Source of the DNA: Mustelus asterias
Taxonomy: Eukaryota
Direction of reading: 5' to 3'
NCBI RefSeq assembly: GCF_964213995.1
Contig: NC_135808.1
Span: 23,436,001-23,500,000, forward strand
Length of the DNA: 64,000 nucleotides
The notes under the pieces were generated by a model. That model did no database searches. It saw nothing but the letters and a program-made list of their open reading frames with translations, and was not told where the DNA came from. Position 1 is the first letter of the stretch. Each line of letters starts with the position of its first letter. Both the position numbers and the translations under genes were made by a program. This document shows, piece after piece, positions 61,001 to 64,000 of the stretch.

Positions 61001-61974
61001 TCTGTTTTGGGGCCACTGTTGTTTGTCATTTTTATTAATGACTTGGATGAGGGTGCAGAAGGATGGGTTAGTAAATTTGCGGATGACACTAAAGTCGGTG
61101 GAGTTGTAGACAGTGCGGAGGGAAGTGGCAGGTTACAAAGGGACATAGATAAGCTGCAGAGCTGGGCTGAGAGCTGACAAATGCAGTTTAATGCAGAAAA
61201 GTGCGAAGTGATTCACTTTGGGAGGAGTAATAGGAATACAGAGTACTGGGCTAATGGTAAGATACTTGGTAGTGTGGATGAACAGAGGGATCTGGGTGTC
61301 CATGTGCATAGATCCCTGAAAGTTGGCACCCAGGTTGATAGGGTTGTTAAGAAGGCGTACGGTGTGTTAGCTTTTATTGGGAGAGGGATTGAGTTTCGAA
61401 ACCAGGAGGTCATGTTGCAATTGCACAAAACTCTGGTGTGGCCGCACTTGGAGTATTGCGTACAGTTCTGGTCACTGCATTATAGGAAGGATGTGGAAGT
61501 GTTGGAAAGGGTGCAGAGGAGATTTACCAGGATGTTGCCTGGTATGGTGGGAAAATCCTATGAGGAAAGGCTGAGGGGCTTGAGGTTGTTTTCGTCAGAG
61601 AGAAAAAGGTTAAGAGATGACTTAATAGAGGCATACAAGATGATCAGAGGATTAGATAGGGTGGATAGTGAGAGCCTTTTTCCTCGGATGGTGATGGCCA
61701 ACACGAGGGGACATATCTTTAAATTGAGGGGTGAGAGATATAGGACAGATGTTAGAGGTAGGTTCTTTACTCAGAGAGTAGTAAGGGCGTGGAATGCCCT
61801 GCATGTAGCAGTAGTGGACTCGTCAACATTAAGAGCATTCAAATGGTTATTGGATAAACATATGGATGATATTGGAATAGTTTAGATTAGAGGGACTTTA
61901 GATTGGTTTCACTGGTTGGCGCAACATCGAGGGCCGAAGGGCCTGTACTGTGCTGTAATGTTCTATGTTCTATG
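58034..61974 (+). mobile_element. Long CR1 LINE: ORF1 SGNH-esterase part, ORF2 APE endonuclease + RT (disrupted)
   Basis: LVIGDSIV..PGAR..HIGTQD..DGLHLN; [33 protein letters not shown]; tail (ttctatg)2; empty site near 24750. Confidence 0.95.
58957..59045 (-). mobile_element. Miniature inverted Penelope insertion (58-bp perfect palindrome + tail) with TSD
   Basis: TSD tgtgcaggaagtt 58944-58956 / 59046-59058; palindrome 58992-59049. Confidence 0.88.
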
Positions 61975-62837
61975 ATGGTGCTTCTCAAAGGTCCGAGTAT
62001 TCTTTGAGATGGTAACAGACATGATGATGGGAAAACGTGGTGGATATGTGCAGCTGGATTTTAGAAAAATGTTCCCACACAGGGATTATCAGTTAAGATT
62101 AAATGAGTACTTTGCGCATCTCTTTAACTGGATCACAATGTTCTTGTATCATTGCAGCCTCTCATTCCAGATTAAAACCTGGAAGATGCATGAAGGTGAC
62201 AATAAGTAACCTTTGCGGTCTTGTCCAGTTCCACCTCCCCAAGCTGTAATTCCTGATTTTGATAACCCACCACACAGGTGTGTGACGCATGTCCTGTAGT
62301 TCCATGTGGAATTTGGGCTGCCAGCTGAGTAGAGGTATTGCAACAGGACTAGTAATCCAGAGACACAGGATAAATTTCTGGGAACCGAGATTTGAATCCC
62401 ACCAAGACAGAGGGTGGAATTTGACCTCAAGAAAAAATAAAATCTGGAATTAAAAGTCTAATGATGACCATGAAACCATTATTAATTGTTGTAAAAACCC
62501 ATCTTGTTCACTGCTGTCGTTTAGGGAAGGAAATCTGCCATCCTTACCTGGTCTGGCCTGCATGTGACTCCAGACCCACAGCAATGTGGTTGTCTCTTAA
62601 ATGTCTTTGGAAATGACCCAGCAGGATCTAGGTGGAGGGCGTGCAATGTTCATCTACCCACTTCAGCTGCATCACTGTAGCTTGTCACCAGGTGGTTCCA
62701 CTGCGGCATCCTCTTTGACAGAGCTGCCTTGGGCTCAGCACACTGTGGGGGGAGCTGATTAAGATCCAGCAGAGGGAGTGTCTGCTGGGTAGTTGTTTAT
62801 AGAGCTGGCCAATTAAGATGCCGTGTCCAGCACCCAA

Positions 62838-63556
62838 TGTGGGAGTTGGGTGGATCTGATGTGTTTTGTTGGGGGTGCTCCAGCTCTGCTGGGTTTGCCT
62901 CACTCTAAAGTGATGTATTTCTTTCTCATCCCCAGTGCGGGCCAGGCAGTGTAATCCAGAGGTACCAGTCCCTGAGAACAGCAGTGGACAAGAGAATGAG
63001 GGAAGATCTGCTGTCATCGAGCTGACAGCGACCAACTGATTCAAGTTCCATATTTGTGACTCTGTAAATGGAACTGTGGTCATGGTTTGTCAGGAATTCC
63101 TCTATCTGGAGCTGCACATTTAAAGCTATTCTGATCTGCCCTATCATCCTGCACAAACTCGAGGAACCTGTCTCGTTCACTGCAAACTCAGTCACCTGTT
63201 TCTGCAATCTGTCACTTTGCTGCAATGTCTTTCACTTCCTGCCTCTGTGAAGCCTTCAATACAAAACTAATATTGCTGGGGTAGGGTAACACCACTGCAG
63301 TGCAGAACATTTCAAGACATGGGCGGCATGGTGGCACAGTGGTTAGTACTGCTGCCTCACAGTGCCAGGGTCCTGGGTTCAATTCCCAGCTTGGGTCACT
63401 GTCTGTGTGGAGTTTGCACATTCTCCGCGTGTCTGTGTGGGTTTCCTCCGGATGCTCCAGTTTCCTCCCACAGTCCAAAGATGCGCAGTTGAGATGGATT
63501 GGCAATGCTACAATTGCCCCTTAGTGTCAGGGGGACTAGCTAGGGTAAATGCATGT
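62838..63556 (+). repeat. Direct duplicate of ~57140-57860 including its SINE
   Basis: Collinear, same SINE at the same position (63320-63556). Confidence 0.9.
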
Positions 63557-63864
63557 TGAATTCAGAACAGCTTGTGGATGCGGCCCTGTGCCGTCCGCTG
63601 AGGGGAATGGTCTGGCCCGTTAAGCAATAGCTCTGAGTTGAGTTTGATTGCACTGTGCAACTGCTGCGATTCGAGCTCCAAGTAGAGTTGACATCAGCAG
63701 GTGAATAGTCGATTTTGTGAATCCAGTATTCCATTGTTTAGTGGCGAATTTCCCAGTTTTTTATTGAGCTGCATTCCTTGTTGACTTGGCTGACTTCCAC
63801 AGTCAGAGAGAGAGATTTGAGATATACCTGTAAAAGGGCCACTGTAGTGTGTGATCACCCCCAT

Positions 63865-64000
63865 GAACATAGAACATAGAACATTTCAGCACAGAAACAG
63901 GCCTTTTGGCCCTTTTTGCCTGTGCCGAACCATTTTTGTGCCTAGTCCCACTGACCTGCACCTGGACCATATCCCTCCACACCCCTCTCATCCATGTACC
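63865..64000 (-). mobile_element. CR1 3' end
   Basis: (gaacata)n tail and 3' UTR running off the window. Confidence 0.75.

Overview
Eukaryotic, repeat-rich vertebrate DNA, inferred to be from a cartilaginous fish (shark-type class I leader and alpha1/alpha2 sequence, HE1-like SINEs, CR1 LINEs). The window is part of a tandem array of duplicated MHC class I heavy-chain units on the + strand. Gene A (10247/10262-21431) has 7 exons (leader, alpha1, alpha2, alpha3, TM, two cytoplasmic) and two intact X1-X2-Y promoter modules, but alpha3 carries a 1-bp deletion plus a nonsense codon, so it is a probable pseudogene. Gene B (29137/29152-51687) has a fully open leader-alpha1-alpha2-alpha3-TM frame. 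It has lost all nine canonical peptide-anchoring residues, mostly to aliphatic ones, as well as the N86 glycan site and both cytoplasmic exons. A GT>GC donor change with a new nearby stop gives a short tail, and both X-Y promoter modules are disabled. Gene B is the best candidate for something new: a tail-less, hydrophobic-groove nonclassical class I molecule. The 3' flank block occurs three times, implying at least one more unit upstream of the window. Also present: a Gmr1-order (INT before RT) Gypsy element, other Gypsy remnants and solo LTRs, CR1 LINEs, a MITE, G-rich intronic minisatellites (one built from the splice donor itself), a fold-back palindrome, four inverted Penelope insertions (two with minimal hammerhead ribozyme motifs) and one assembly gap. 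All alignments and counts were done by eye; repeat boundaries are approximate.
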